Shown: positions 7,680 to 17,119, numbered from the stretch's first letter. The stretch: DNA of 64,000 bases from Candidatus Peregrinibacteria bacterium GW2011_GWF2_38_29 (GCA_000992695.1 LBUS01000004.1:17454-81453); one strand, 5' to 3'. Made by a program: numbers and translations. Notes: generated by a model from the sequence alone, not told the origin.

Positions 7680-9761
7680 CTACTTTTTTGAAATTGTTCC
7701 AAGGTATGGCTTACCATTTACCATAAGACCGGGAACAGTATCAGCAAGATCATTATCATCAGCCGGATTCCCTGAATATCCAAGACCTGATTCCGCGACA
7801 CCATATTTAAGATCTCCAAGTGAAGCAACGGAAAGTTGCCAGCTATCTCCTGCGACAGCATCGCCAATATTCGACACCATAATCGATAAATATCTATATG
7901 CTCCACCATTAATAGTGATGAAAGTCGATAAAGTGCTAAAATCCACGGATGTACCCGTAGCAAGCAATGTATCTATATAATTGCTGGAATTTTCCTGAGA
8001 AGCATACAATTTATATAAAACTGTTCCGGTATGAGTACCATTATCTTGCAATTTAACATTTGTAAGTTCGATTTGAGCGGAACCATTATTTATAACCTTA
8101 AAACGACCAAGAACCGTACCGGCAACAATTGTTTGTTCAACGACTGAGCCTGGAGCTGGAACATCCGCTTTAACGGTAACGAAGAATGGAACTATTGTTG
8201 TACGACCACTATTTCCACCAATCGTTCCTCCAAGTATATTTTCCGGAGAAATTATATCGGCAGAAGTTGAACCAACAGCCGCTATATCAACCGTAGGGTC
8301 TGTAATCCTAAATTGAAAATCATTACCAAGATTCGCAATATTTTTACCACCAATATCAGATTTCACATAAATCGTTAGAGGAGTTGAAGGATTAACTAAT
8401 ATATCCAACATAATCCATTTATAATAACATGTGGTGTTTGATGAACAAATTAATCCTCCGGTAGTTGCAAGCACTGTACCGTTTTGATCAACAAGCTTTA
8501 CGTTTTGAAGATCGCCATCGTTAACCGGTGAACCATTAACAGTAAGCTTTAACGAAGTAACTTTAATTGGTTCATTTTGAGCCGTTAGCTTAAAAGCAAA
8601 ATACGTGCCACCGGTAGTTCCAATATTGACTGTTTGATTTTCCGTAGGCGTAGCATTCACTCCTGAAACCAACGAAACTGTAAGTTTTCCAGCCTCCTGA
8701 ACGACTGTCATTAGTTGACCATTGCCATATTCATTAAGATTATTACCGGTAATCGTATTACCTGTATTTGCGCCAACAGCCATTACATAATCATCATTTT
8801 GGGCGATTTTAAATGTATGGGAAGTTCCTTTTGAAGAAACAACATCAGCTTTTAATGTCAAAACAACGGATTTGCCTTTCAAAACTGTAATCGGCGACAC
8901 GAAATTAAACTTAACAATATTTGCATTTGTAGCCGTGCTGGATGCAGTCGCAAGAACATTGCTCCCTTGATACATCTTCAAATTAGTAACACCGGAATAA
9001 TTATCGGTTGCGCCTTCAACGCCGGAACCAACAATATCTGTAACAACCAATTTTGAAACCTTTACATCTTCGCTTGAACCATAAGTATTCAATTCAAAGT
9101 TTGCAAATGTAAAATTTTGAGTACCCGTAGCTACAGTTGAAGCAACCGGAGTTGTCATGGTAATAACATTCAATTTGCCAGTCTGTTCAGGCGTAGCATG
9201 AACAACGTATTTTCTTCCATAAACACTGCTGCTATTTAACTTTGCAACAGCACCGGTTGTAGCAGCGGTAGCAGACGACATTTTATTTGTAACGTACATT
9301 TGAAAATCGCCACCAATCGTTGCGTCAGAAGCGATGTCAGCTTGTATTAAAAAAGGCGAGAATGTGTTCTTTACAAGAGTCAAACCTGTAAGATTAAAAT
9401 TATAACCACCGGTACAAGATGTTCCAATACAATTTATAGGGATAGAAGGAACTGTTGCCAATGGTATGTTTTTGTTATTTTTACTATAAAGCGATACGTT
9501 CTTAATATCGCCCGTCTTTAATTTTGTTCCTTTAAGCTCAAGTCTTACAGAATTTACTATAATCTTGTCATTTAAAGATCTTAAATAAAATTGAAGATAT
9601 GTTTTTTTAATATCTCCGGGAAAAGTCGAAGCAATTTCTTTATTTGTTGAAATAGGTTCAAGATAAACAAACGTCATAGCTGGAATCAAAGCCGCGGAAG
9701 CAATAGGAGCAATCATCAAAACAACTGCAGCAACAATGCCGATTAACAATTTTTTACTCAT
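7680..9761 (-). CDS. Secreted repeat protein (4 beta-rich modules), paralog of the 9850-11502 gene
   Basis: N-terminal signal/anchor (MSKKLLIGIVAAVVLMIAPIASAA). Long stretches align with the neighbour (GKLTVSLVSG..IGTTGGTYFAFKLTAQNEPIKVTSLKLT vs GKLSVVLLVG..IGTTGKTYFAFKLVAQNEPVKITFLKLT). The C-terminal block YGVAESGLGYSGNPADDNDL is shared. No family recognised. Confidence 0.7.
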   Translation of the reverse strand: MSKKLLIGIVAAVVLMIAPIASAALIPAMTFVYLEPISTNKEIASTFPGDIKKTYLQFYLRSLNDKIIVNSVRLELKGTKLKTGDIKNVSLYSKNNKNIPLATVPSIPINCIGTSCTGGYNFNLTGLTLVKNTFSPFLIQADIASDATIGGDFQMYVTNKMSSATAATTGAVAKLNSSSVYGRKYVVHATPEQTGKLNVITMTTPVASTVATGTQNFTFANFELNTYGSSEDVKVSKLVVTDIVGSGVEGATDNYSGVTNLKMYQGSNVLATASSTATNANIVKFNFVSPITVLKGKSVVLTLKADVVSSKGTSHTFKIAQNDDYVMAVGANTGNTITGNNLNEYGNGQLMTVVQEAGKLTVSLVSGVNATPTENQTVNIGTTGGTYFAFKLTAQNEPIKVTSLKLTVNGSPVNDGDLQNVKLVDQNGTVLATTGGLICSSNTTCYYKWIMLDILVNPSTPLTIYVKSDIGGKNIANLGNDFQFRITDPTVDIAAVGSTSADIISPENILGGTIGGNSGRTTIVPFFVTVKADVPAPGSVVEQTIVAGTVLGRFKVINNGSAQIELTNVKLQDNGTHTGTVLYKLYASQENSSNYIDTLLATGTSVDFSTLSTFITINGGAYRYLSIMVSNIGDAVAGDSWQLSVASLGDLKYGVAESGLGYSGNPADDNDLADTVPGLMVNGKPYLGTISKK

Positions 9762-9794
9762 TTTAATTGGGTTAAATTATTGCGAACATACTGA

Positions 9795-9822
9795 ATTATA
9801 CAGAACATTCACTGCATGTCAA
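9795..9822 (-). promoter_or_regulatory. Sigma70-like promoter (TTGACA-16-TATAAT) for the 693 aa gene
   Basis: Minus-strand TTGACA at 9817-9822 and TATAAT at 9795-9800, about 35 nt upstream of the ATG. Confidence 0.55.
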
Positions 9823-9849
9823 ATCGCTACTCATTACGCATTGCGAAAA

Positions 9850-11502
9850 TTATTTCACCGTCACTGTTTTTGCCATCGCTTTCCCTTCAACCGGCAATCC
9901 ATTCACAATATCCTCCAAATCCTTATCATGAACAGGATTTGCGGTATAACCAAGGTTTGATTCCGCGACATTATAAAGAATTCCGCTCACAGGCACAGAC
10001 AAAGCAAAGGTATCATTAGGCTTAATTTCACCCGGTAATTTAGTCTGAACGGTCAAAATTCGAGAAGCACCACCGTTAATCCTCACGGGCATCTTTAAGG
10101 CTCCAAAATCAACCGTATCGGAATCCGTAACTGCCAATAAATTTCCGGTATAATTTATCGCATTATCATCAGACATATAAAGGCTATAAGTCGTTGAATA
10201 TCCGGTGTGTGCACCTCCGTCCCTCAGCGAAATATTCGTTATTGTGATAGGGGAGCTACCATTATTTGTTATCTTAAATCTTGCTAAATTTGTACAACAA
10301 GGTCCAAAAACAATTTTCCCATCAAGGCTTGAAGCTGGAATAACCGAATCATCCGAAACAACGGAAACGCTAAAAGGCACAATCACAGAAGAAGCGGAAG
10401 GAGCAGCCATTCCGGCAGTTTTATTTTCAAGTCCAAAAGCAACATTTGTATAAGCTCCTTTTGCCATCAAGTCCGTACCAATATCGTTAATTTTGAAAGT
10501 AAAACTATCGCCAAGGTTAGCAAATCCGGTCGAAGAAACATCTGCTTTAACAATAATTGAAACAGGCTTTGCAGGATCAATTGGCATTGCAAGAATATTG
10601 TCCGCTGATCTCCATGTATACGTGCAAATATTTTCAACACAATCATCAAATTCAAGAGCAGTCGCAAAAGGCGTCAAATCCGCATCTTTATATAAAGCAA
10701 TATTTTTTATATCACCCTTGTTCAAATACGAGCCGGAAGCCGTCAATTTTAAAAAAGTAATTTTTACAGGCTCATTTTGCGCAACCAATTTAAACGCAAA
10801 ATAGGTCTTTCCTGTTGTCCCAATCGGCACAAGCTGACTTGTAGTAGGCGAACCATTTGGCCCAACAAGCAAAACAACAGATAGCTTTCCGGCAGTTTGA
10901 GTTGAAGCCGCAATCTTGAACCTGCTTCCTGCAACATTCCCAAATTTCGCAACATCGCCTCCGTTCGCCAAAGTTGCATTAACGTTAACGGAATAAAGAC
11001 GTATTTGAAAATCATCTCCAATGATCGAATTAACAGGAACATTCGCTTTTATTAAAAAAATCGTATCAGGCTGATTCATCTTTAAAGCAATATTTAAACC
11101 CGCAAAATCGACAGAACATTCATTATTCCTACAAGAAGTAAATTGCGGAACACTCGCAACAAGTGTGCCATCTTTTTCCCTATATAAGCCAAGATTCGCA
11201 GTATCATCAATCGTCTTTATGGAAGCGCCCTTAGCCTTTAAGGTAAAACCTTTAACAACCGAATCTTCATTCTGCGCACGAAACCCAAAACGTAAAAGAG
11301 TTGTATTTGTCGCCCCCGGAGAAATCTCCTTATTTTCATACATCGACTTTTGTCCGTCCATCAAAAGAAGCGTTACACTCGGCGTTTTATCTCCAATTGC
11401 AAGTCCTTTAAAAGAAGGCCCACCAAAATTCTCCATATAAAAAATTCCCGCACCAATCAAAAAAGCAACGACGATTAGGCCGATTATCATTTTCTTGCTC
11501 AT
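9850..11502 (-). CDS. Secreted repeat protein (3 beta-rich modules), paralog of the 7680-9761 gene
   Basis: N-terminal signal/anchor (MSKKMIIGLIVVAFLIGAGIF). Modules with Cys pairs (FTSCRNNECSVDF, FDDCVENICTYTW). Conserved C-terminal YNVAESNLGYTANPVHDKDL. Confidence 0.7.
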   Translation of the reverse strand: MSKKMIIGLIVVAFLIGAGIFYMENFGGPSFKGLAIGDKTPSVTLLLMDGQKSMYENKEISPGATNTTLLRFGFRAQNEDSVVKGFTLKAKGASIKTIDDTANLGLYREKDGTLVASVPQFTSCRNNECSVDFAGLNIALKMNQPDTIFLIKANVPVNSIIGDDFQIRLYSVNVNATLANGGDVAKFGNVAGSRFKIAASTQTAGKLSVVLLVGPNGSPTTSQLVPIGTTGKTYFAFKLVAQNEPVKITFLKLTASGSYLNKGDIKNIALYKDADLTPFATALEFDDCVENICTYTWRSADNILAMPIDPAKPVSIIVKADVSSTGFANLGDSFTFKINDIGTDLMAKGAYTNVAFGLENKTAGMAAPSASSVIVPFSVSVVSDDSVIPASSLDGKIVFGPCCTNLARFKITNNGSSPITITNISLRDGGAHTGYSTTYSLYMSDDNAINYTGNLLAVTDSDTVDFGALKMPVRINGGASRILTVQTKLPGEIKPNDTFALSVPVSGILYNVAESNLGYTANPVHDKDLEDIVNGLPVEGKAMAKTVTVK

Positions 11503-11526
11503 AAAAATTAAAGTTAAATTAGCTCA

Positions 11527-11555
11527 ATTATAACGCTATTTGAAATTTTCGTCAT
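11527..11555 (-). promoter_or_regulatory. Candidate promoter (ATGACG-17-TATAAT) for the 550 aa gene
   Basis: Minus-strand TATAAT at 11527-11532, with a 4/6 match to the -35 consensus at 11550-11555. Confidence 0.4.
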
Positions 11556-11625
11556 TTAAAATTCACATTTGGCATTTGACCTTTGCCATTTATCATTCAT
11601 TTGTCCTTTAGATTTTAGATTTTAT
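11551..11625. repeat. Short-period CATTTG/CATTTA-type tract
   Basis: gtCATTTAaaattcaCATTTGgCATTTGacctttgcCATTTAtcattCATTTGtcctttagattttagattttatcatt. Period is about 7 nt. Related to the 46-nt repeat at 21231 and 24490. Confidence 0.6.
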
Positions 11626-11627
11626 CA

Positions 11628-12773
11628 TTACTTCTTCCACTCCGTAGCAAGTGACTCCTCCGTCTGTTCAACCTTTTTATCTCCAACATATTGCACTGCA
11701 ATCAAACTCATATCATCCGCCTGAATTGCATCTTCACCGGTAAACGCTTTCAAATCAAGCGCGATGTGATAACTGAGTCCATCAGCGGAATATTGATGAG
11801 CATATTTTTCAACGGCTTTTGTAAGCCGATCAAGAGAAAACATTTCGCCATTCATATTTTTAGCTTCCGTGATTCCATCCGAATAAAGAACCACAAAATC
11901 ATTTTCTTTAAGTGGCAATTCAATTTCTTTTAACAATTTTGAGTTATCAGGAGCCATGCCAATCGCAATACCGCCTGTTTTTATAGCTTCGCATTGTCCG
12001 GCGTCAGCATGATAAATAATAATATGTTCATGCCCAGCACCGGTATATGTCATTTTTTTCTTTTCAAGATCCCATCTAAGCATAACAAGCGTCATAAACA
12101 TTCTGGATGAAATTCTCTTGCGAAGTTGTTCATTCAAATTAATAAGAATCTTGCATGGATCTTCCATGGAAGCGGTATAAGACTCCAAAAACGCATGAGT
12201 CATAGTCATGACAAGAGCCGCCGGAACACCATGCCCGGTCACATCTCCAAGATAAACAAACGCATTTTTTGGATAAACAAGAAAATCAAAATTATCACCA
12301 CCAACTTCAGAAGCAAGAGAAGCCTTTGCAGAGATTGAAAGACCGGAAATCACCGGAGCTTTCTTTGGCATAATATCTTTTTGAAGCTTACTCGCCAAAG
12401 ACAATTCATCCGACATTCTTTTATTTTCCTTTGCCTGAACAGTCAATTTTTCAAGAGTTGTTGCAATTTCATTGAAAAAATAAGCCAAAATCCCAACCTC
12501 GTCTTTCCTTGTGGTAATAATTTTTTTATAAGGTTTGCCGGTCAAAAGATAGCTCAACTGCTTGATGACTATTGAAATCGGCTTCGCAACCGAAAGATAA
12601 ACAACAAGCCATGTATATAAAAAAACCAAAGTCAAAATTCCAACAACAACGTATGAAGTTGGCACACTTTCCAAATACTTAAAATAAATCATATCCGTAT
12701 AAAAAGCTCCACCCAAAATAGCGAGAAAAATAAAAACATAGAAAACCAATCTTTTTGTTGTTGTATTAAACAT
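11628..12773 (-). CDS. RsbU/SpoIIE-type PP2C serine phosphatase with 2 TM helices and a HAMP-like linker
   Basis: PP2C/SpoIIE motifs GGDNFDF, GDVTGHGVPAALVMT and LYSDGITEA. Two N-terminal TM helices with a loop of about 14 aa. The start overlaps the upstream stop (ATGTTTAA). Confidence 0.8.
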   Translation of the reverse strand: MFNTTTKRLVFYVFIFLAILGGAFYTDMIYFKYLESVPTSYVVVGILTLVFLYTWLVVYLSVAKPISIVIKQLSYLLTGKPYKKIITTRKDEVGILAYFFNEIATTLEKLTVQAKENKRMSDELSLASKLQKDIMPKKAPVISGLSISAKASLASEVGGDNFDFLVYPKNAFVYLGDVTGHGVPAALVMTMTHAFLESYTASMEDPCKILINLNEQLRKRISSRMFMTLVMLRWDLEKKKMTYTGAGHEHIIIYHADAGQCEAIKTGGIAIGMAPDNSKLLKEIELPLKENDFVVLYSDGITEAKNMNGEMFSLDRLTKAVEKYAHQYSADGLSYHIALDLKAFTGEDAIQADDMSLIAVQYVGDKKVEQTEESLATEWKK

Positions 12774-15177
12774 TTGTAATTTTTGTTATTTTATTAAGAA
12801 TAGCATCGATTTGTAATACATCGCTAGTCGAATTGAGGAGGTAATAGCAATAACGAAGCTCTTTTAAATCTTCATGTGACATATTTGATATTTTCAAACC
12901 ACTCACTCTTTTAAAAATTGTATAAATCTTGTGCAAAGCCGCGCCATAAATGAATTTATCCAACTCAATCCTATAATCCTTTGGAATTTCATTTATTAAA
13001 TAAATCAATTTATGAGAAAAAACATGTTTATGATCCTTCAAAATTTCCATCAAATATTGTATTTTCGAATCGTCTCTAAGCTTAAGCATAGAAACAGCAA
13101 TATTTGCTTTAACCCATTCATCTTCTTCGCGTTCAAATAAAGATTTAAGCTTATCCTTAAAGTCTATTTCGCGAATTTCACCAATCGCATAAGCCGCAGC
13201 AGCGCGAAAGATTTCCTTATCGCTCTTCAAAGTCGAAACAATAGTTTTTTTAATTAATGATTTATATTTTGGAAATTGAGATAAAGAAATAATTGCACTT
13301 AAAACAAGCCTTGGATCCTCAGACGAAAGATAATCTTCAAGAATTTCACACAAAGAAATATCATGGAAATGCCTAAGGGAACGGACGGCTTCAGCAAGCA
13401 CGGCACCTTTTTCGTTTTGCAAAATCTCAAGTATAAATTTGATAGAATCTTGTCCTCCAAGCTTCGAAATAATATCAAGGATTTTTAAACGAATTTCCTC
13501 TGTACCTTCTCTCCAAAACATTGATTTTAATGTTTCGAAAATCTTAATTTTTGAAAATTCATTTTTATCAAAATATTCAAGCTTTTGAAAATTTCTAATT
13601 ACCTCAATCGCCGCCAGTCTCATCTCTTTTTGCGGATGAGAAAGAAAAGCAATAACCTCAGGAATTGCATCAAAATATTTTATTTTTGCTATAGCATGCA
13701 AAATCTTAATTTTTAATAAAGGCGGATTATCGGAATCAGTAAGACATTTAAGAAAAACCTGTGCAATATCAGAGTGACCTTTTTGCGTCAAAATTTCAAC
13801 AAACTTAATCCTCTCATCAATCTCTTCATCGTTAGATAAAAGAGCTGAAATTGAATTTTTTGTATATATTTTATGAGAACTTATAACAATAACCAAATCA
13901 ATAACCATTAAAGAAAGCATTACCGATGTAATAGTCAAATTTGAAAACTTTTCAGAAACAAATAACTGCACACAAATAAGCAAAATAGCTCCACACATAG
14001 TTCCAAGCGGTCTCATCATTCCATCTATAAATTGCCTAAATTCCTCACTTTCTTCTTCACGAAAAGCATAATAAGAAGCTTGATATGAATTCCTCGAAAG
14101 AACACTCGTGATTTCAGAATTTATTTTCGTCAAAGCGATTGTAAAAAACTCAAATCTAAGCACCAGCCCAACCATACTCATGAGCATAACGACAGGATAA
14201 AGGACCATGCTTCCAATAATTCCAAGCCAAGAAATAAGCCTACTTCCAATGAACATTTGCATCAAAAGCGTCACACAGCTAAAAACAAGTTGTAACAAAC
14301 CAAACGTGTGAGCAAACGCATTTTCCATACCAATTGTCGCCTCGGGAAGCAGCTCTTTATGGGACGAAAAATTCACAACAGCTCCGGTATAAATATATTC
14401 AACAAAAATCAAAAAAGCATATTGAAACAAAATAATAAACATCAAATTCTTCGCAAAAGAATGCTGATTAAACAATCTAACTTTGTTTTTTATATTATTT
14501 GTAAAAGTCTTTTTATTCGGATTTTCAATATGTAAAAGCTTAATTCCCGGAACTGATTTCGTAAAAGATTTAAAGTGAATAACAAGCGGAATCAAAGCAC
14601 ACAAAAGCCCAATCAAAATCCACGCAAAATACGTAATCGGCATAATCACGGAAAAATATATAAATATAAGGCCGCTCATAATCCCGGCAATAGTATCCGC
14701 AGATTCAACAAGCGGAAAAGTACGCTGACTCTCAAGTGGCGTAAAAAATCTCTCGGTAAAAGTATCAAAAAATACGGTAAGTTGAATAATCAAAAAAGAC
14801 TCAACAAAAAGCAAAAGCAATAAATAAAGATTAAAAGAATAGGGGAGTAAAATTAACGCGAAAATCAAAGCAAAAACAGCTGAAACAACGATAGATATAA
14901 TCAGCTTATCATTGCGATATTTTTGTATAAGGTGCATGTGGACAAGACTTCCCAAAATAAAAAGAAGCGCATGAGTAACAAATAAAAACGGCAATTTATC
15001 GGCGTGAAATCGAGCTGTAAAAATAGACAAAATCATTGTCCAGGCTAAAATAAAAGCCATTCTATAAATAAATCTAACAGTCCAACAGATCATCACCCTC
15101 GACCTTTCATGTGGATAAATATTCAAAATTCTATCAAAAAATGACAAATTTTGTGTATTTTTATTTGTGTTTTCCAT
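12766..15177 (-). CDS. Multi-pass membrane protein (MFS/TLC-transporter-like, about 11-12 TM) fused to C-terminal HEAT/PBS-lyase-like repeats
   Basis: The N-terminal 440 aa or so is almost entirely hydrophobic helices. The C-terminal 350 aa has repeated helical pairs of the form ..R.AA..AL/IG.. (KEMRLAAIEVIRNF, DPRLVLSAIISLSQF, EIFRAAAAYAIGEI). Confidence 0.6.
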   Translation of the reverse strand: MENTNKNTQNLSFFDRILNIYPHERSRVMICWTVRFIYRMAFILAWTMILSIFTARFHADKLPFLFVTHALLFILGSLVHMHLIQKYRNDKLIISIVVSAVFALIFALILLPYSFNLYLLLLLFVESFLIIQLTVFFDTFTERFFTPLESQRTFPLVESADTIAGIMSGLIFIYFSVIMPITYFAWILIGLLCALIPLVIHFKSFTKSVPGIKLLHIENPNKKTFTNNIKNKVRLFNQHSFAKNLMFIILFQYAFLIFVEYIYTGAVVNFSSHKELLPEATIGMENAFAHTFGLLQLVFSCVTLLMQMFIGSRLISWLGIIGSMVLYPVVMLMSMVGLVLRFEFFTIALTKINSEITSVLSRNSYQASYYAFREEESEEFRQFIDGMMRPLGTMCGAILLICVQLFVSEKFSNLTITSVMLSLMVIDLVIVISSHKIYTKNSISALLSNDEEIDERIKFVEILTQKGHSDIAQVFLKCLTDSDNPPLLKIKILHAIAKIKYFDAIPEVIAFLSHPQKEMRLAAIEVIRNFQKLEYFDKNEFSKIKIFETLKSMFWREGTEEIRLKILDIISKLGGQDSIKFILEILQNEKGAVLAEAVRSLRHFHDISLCEILEDYLSSEDPRLVLSAIISLSQFPKYKSLIKKTIVSTLKSDKEIFRAAAAYAIGEIREIDFKDKLKSLFEREEDEWVKANIAVSMLKLRDDSKIQYLMEILKDHKHVFSHKLIYLINEIPKDYRIELDKFIYGAALHKIYTIFKRVSGLKISNMSHEDLKELRYCYYLLNSTSDVLQIDAILNKITKITNV

Positions 15178-15184
15178 TTGTTAT

Positions 15185-15193
15185 ATTATAACA
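15185..15193 (-). promoter_or_regulatory. Extended -10 box (TGTTATAAT) 7 nt upstream of the ATG of the HEAT-repeat membrane protein gene
   Basis: The minus strand reads TGTTATAAT-ATAACAA-ATG. Confidence 0.5.
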
Positions 15194-15383
15194 TAAAGTT
15201 AAAGCGAAAGCAAGGCGGGAAGACCTAAAAACAATAGAAGCTAAAAATTTATTTCGAAGATAGTCATGAAGCTTTTACGGGCATGGTTTTTGCGTAGCAA
15301 AAGAGTAAAAGCTGAATGCTAGTGAAAATTCACTCGCAGGGTGAATTGAACGTATCTGAGAAATAAATTTTATAGCTTCATTA

Positions 15384-15392
15384 TGATATAAT
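15384..15392 (+). promoter_or_regulatory. Extended -10 box (TGATATAAT) 6 nt upstream of the murJ GTG
   Basis: The plus strand reads TGATATAAT-CTTTCC-GTG. Confidence 0.5.
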
Positions 15393-15398
15393 CTTTCC

Positions 15399-16940
15399 GT
15401 GACTTTAAAGCAAAAATTATTATCCGGCGCAGTTCTTCTCGGCGTTTCATCCTTATTAAGCCGCTTACTCGGCTTACTTCGAGATCGCCTCTTTGCCACA
15501 ACATTTGGTGCGGTAACGGCGGATGGAATACACAATCTTGATACTTATTATGCCGCATTCAGGCTTCCAGACATGCTTTTTCAATTACTGTTATACGGAG
15601 TCATTTCCGCTTCATTTATTCCAATTTTCTCCGCATATATAAAAAAGGATAAAGCGGAAGAAGGCTGGGCATTCGCAAATTCATGCACAACAATTTTAAC
15701 AACGTTTTTGTTCGGCGTTGTAGCCTTATCGCTCATATTTGCCCCTTGGCTCGTAAAATTAATTGTCCCAGGGTTTTCACAAGAAAAGCTCGATTTAACT
15801 GTAAATCTAACGAGAATAATGCTCATCAGCCCGTTATTTTTCGGATTCAGCAGTATTTGGCAAAGCATTCAAAACTCATTCGGAAAATACTTTTATATTG
15901 CACTCGCGCCTGTTGTTTATAACCTAAGCATAATTCTCGCAACAATTATTGGCGCAAAAGAATACGGAGTTTATGCAATCACGGTCGGCGTTGTAATAGG
16001 CGCATTTTTGCACGCCGGAGTTCAGCTTCCGGAAATAATCAGGCTCGGCTTCAAATTCATGCCAAACTGGAATTGGCGCAGAGGAGATTTAAAAGAAATG
16101 GGAAAACTCATCATTCCACGCATAGTTGGCCTTTCTGCAATACAGATCAATCTTGTCGTAGATACAATCATCGGCTCAACTCTCGCAACCGGAAGCATTA
16201 CGGTTTTAAACTATGCAATCAACTTAAATAGCCTTCCAATGGGCATAATTGGCATATCAATATCAATCGTTGCATTTGGCGTTTTTGCAGAACTTGCGGC
16301 TCTTGAAGAACACAAAAAATTCTTTGATCATCTTAAAGAAAATTTTTATAAAATCATTTATTTAATAATTCCGGCCGCAGTTGGCATGATCATACTTAAA
16401 AAAGAAATAGTCGGAGTCATTTTAAGTGGCGGAAAATTTGGCGAACAAGATATCGTTTTAACCGCCGGCACACTTGGAATTCTTTCAATTGGACTTGCCG
16501 CCCAAAGCATAAATCCACTTTTATCGCGCGCTTATTTCGCCTATAAAAACACAAAAACCCCGGTTTTAATAAGCATTTTTTCAGTTGTTTTAAATATCGT
16601 TTTCAGTATCACATTAACAAAAATATTTGATTTTGGTGTCTACGGTTTAGCCACAGCAACTTCAGCCGCAGGACTTATTCAATGGTTCTTACTTCAAGCA
16701 TTCCTAAAAACCAAGCTTCCACACAAACAAGGCAAAATATTAGAATTTGGAAAAATCGCAAAAATAATAATTGCAACAACAGTCATGGCCGCAATTGTTT
16801 TTGCCGCAAAAAACCTCATAACAAACTTCATAAGCCCAGGCTTTATTTTAAGTGCGGTTCAAGTTGCTGTATGCGGACTTCTTGGCTTATTAATCTACTT
16901 TTCCAGCCTCAAAATCCTCAAATATAAAAACTGCCCGTAG
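15399..16940 (+). CDS. murJ: Lipid II flippase MurJ/MviN
   Basis: N-terminal LLGVSSLLSRLLGLLRDRLFATTFG signature, about 14 TM helices, 513 aa. GTG start; there is no in-frame ATG upstream of the conserved N-terminus. Confidence 0.88.
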   Translation: MTLKQKLLSGAVLLGVSSLLSRLLGLLRDRLFATTFGAVTADGIHNLDTYYAAFRLPDMLFQLLLYGVISASFIPIFSAYIKKDKAEEGWAFANSCTTILTTFLFGVVALSLIFAPWLVKLIVPGFSQEKLDLTVNLTRIMLISPLFFGFSSIWQSIQNSFGKYFYIALAPVVYNLSIILATIIGAKEYGVYAITVGVVIGAFLHAGVQLPEIIRLGFKFMPNWNWRRGDLKEMGKLIIPRIVGLSAIQINLVVDTIIGSTLATGSITVLNYAINLNSLPMGIIGISISIVAFGVFAELAALEEHKKFFDHLKENFYKIIYLIIPAAVGMIILKKEIVGVILSGGKFGEQDIVLTAGTLGILSIGLAAQSINPLLSRAYFAYKNTKTPVLISIFSVVLNIVFSITLTKIFDFGVYGLATATSAAGLIQWFLLQAFLKTKLPHKQGKILEFGKIAKIIIATTVMAAIVFAAKNLITNFISPGFILSAVQVAVCGLLGLLIYFSSLKILKYKNCP

Positions 16941-17119
16941 AGATAAATAATATAACTCTAAGCGGGCAGGTTTTAGCCTTCAAAACTTTTGAAAGCAGAT
17001 TTAATTGTATTCAAAAAAAATACAAAATCAAGGGATTTTTTAGACTCATTATTAAACAAAAAATCGGGCTTTACAAAACCAAGCTCAATAATTATAATTA
17101 TCCTCCGTAAATAAAAACC

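Noticed and set aside
15275-15558. 86 aa and 62 aa minus-strand ORFs spanning the HEAT-transporter/murJ spacer.
   Set aside because: They run antisense into the murJ N-terminus, have no start-site signals and give low-complexity products. The spacer is treated as non-coding and structured instead.
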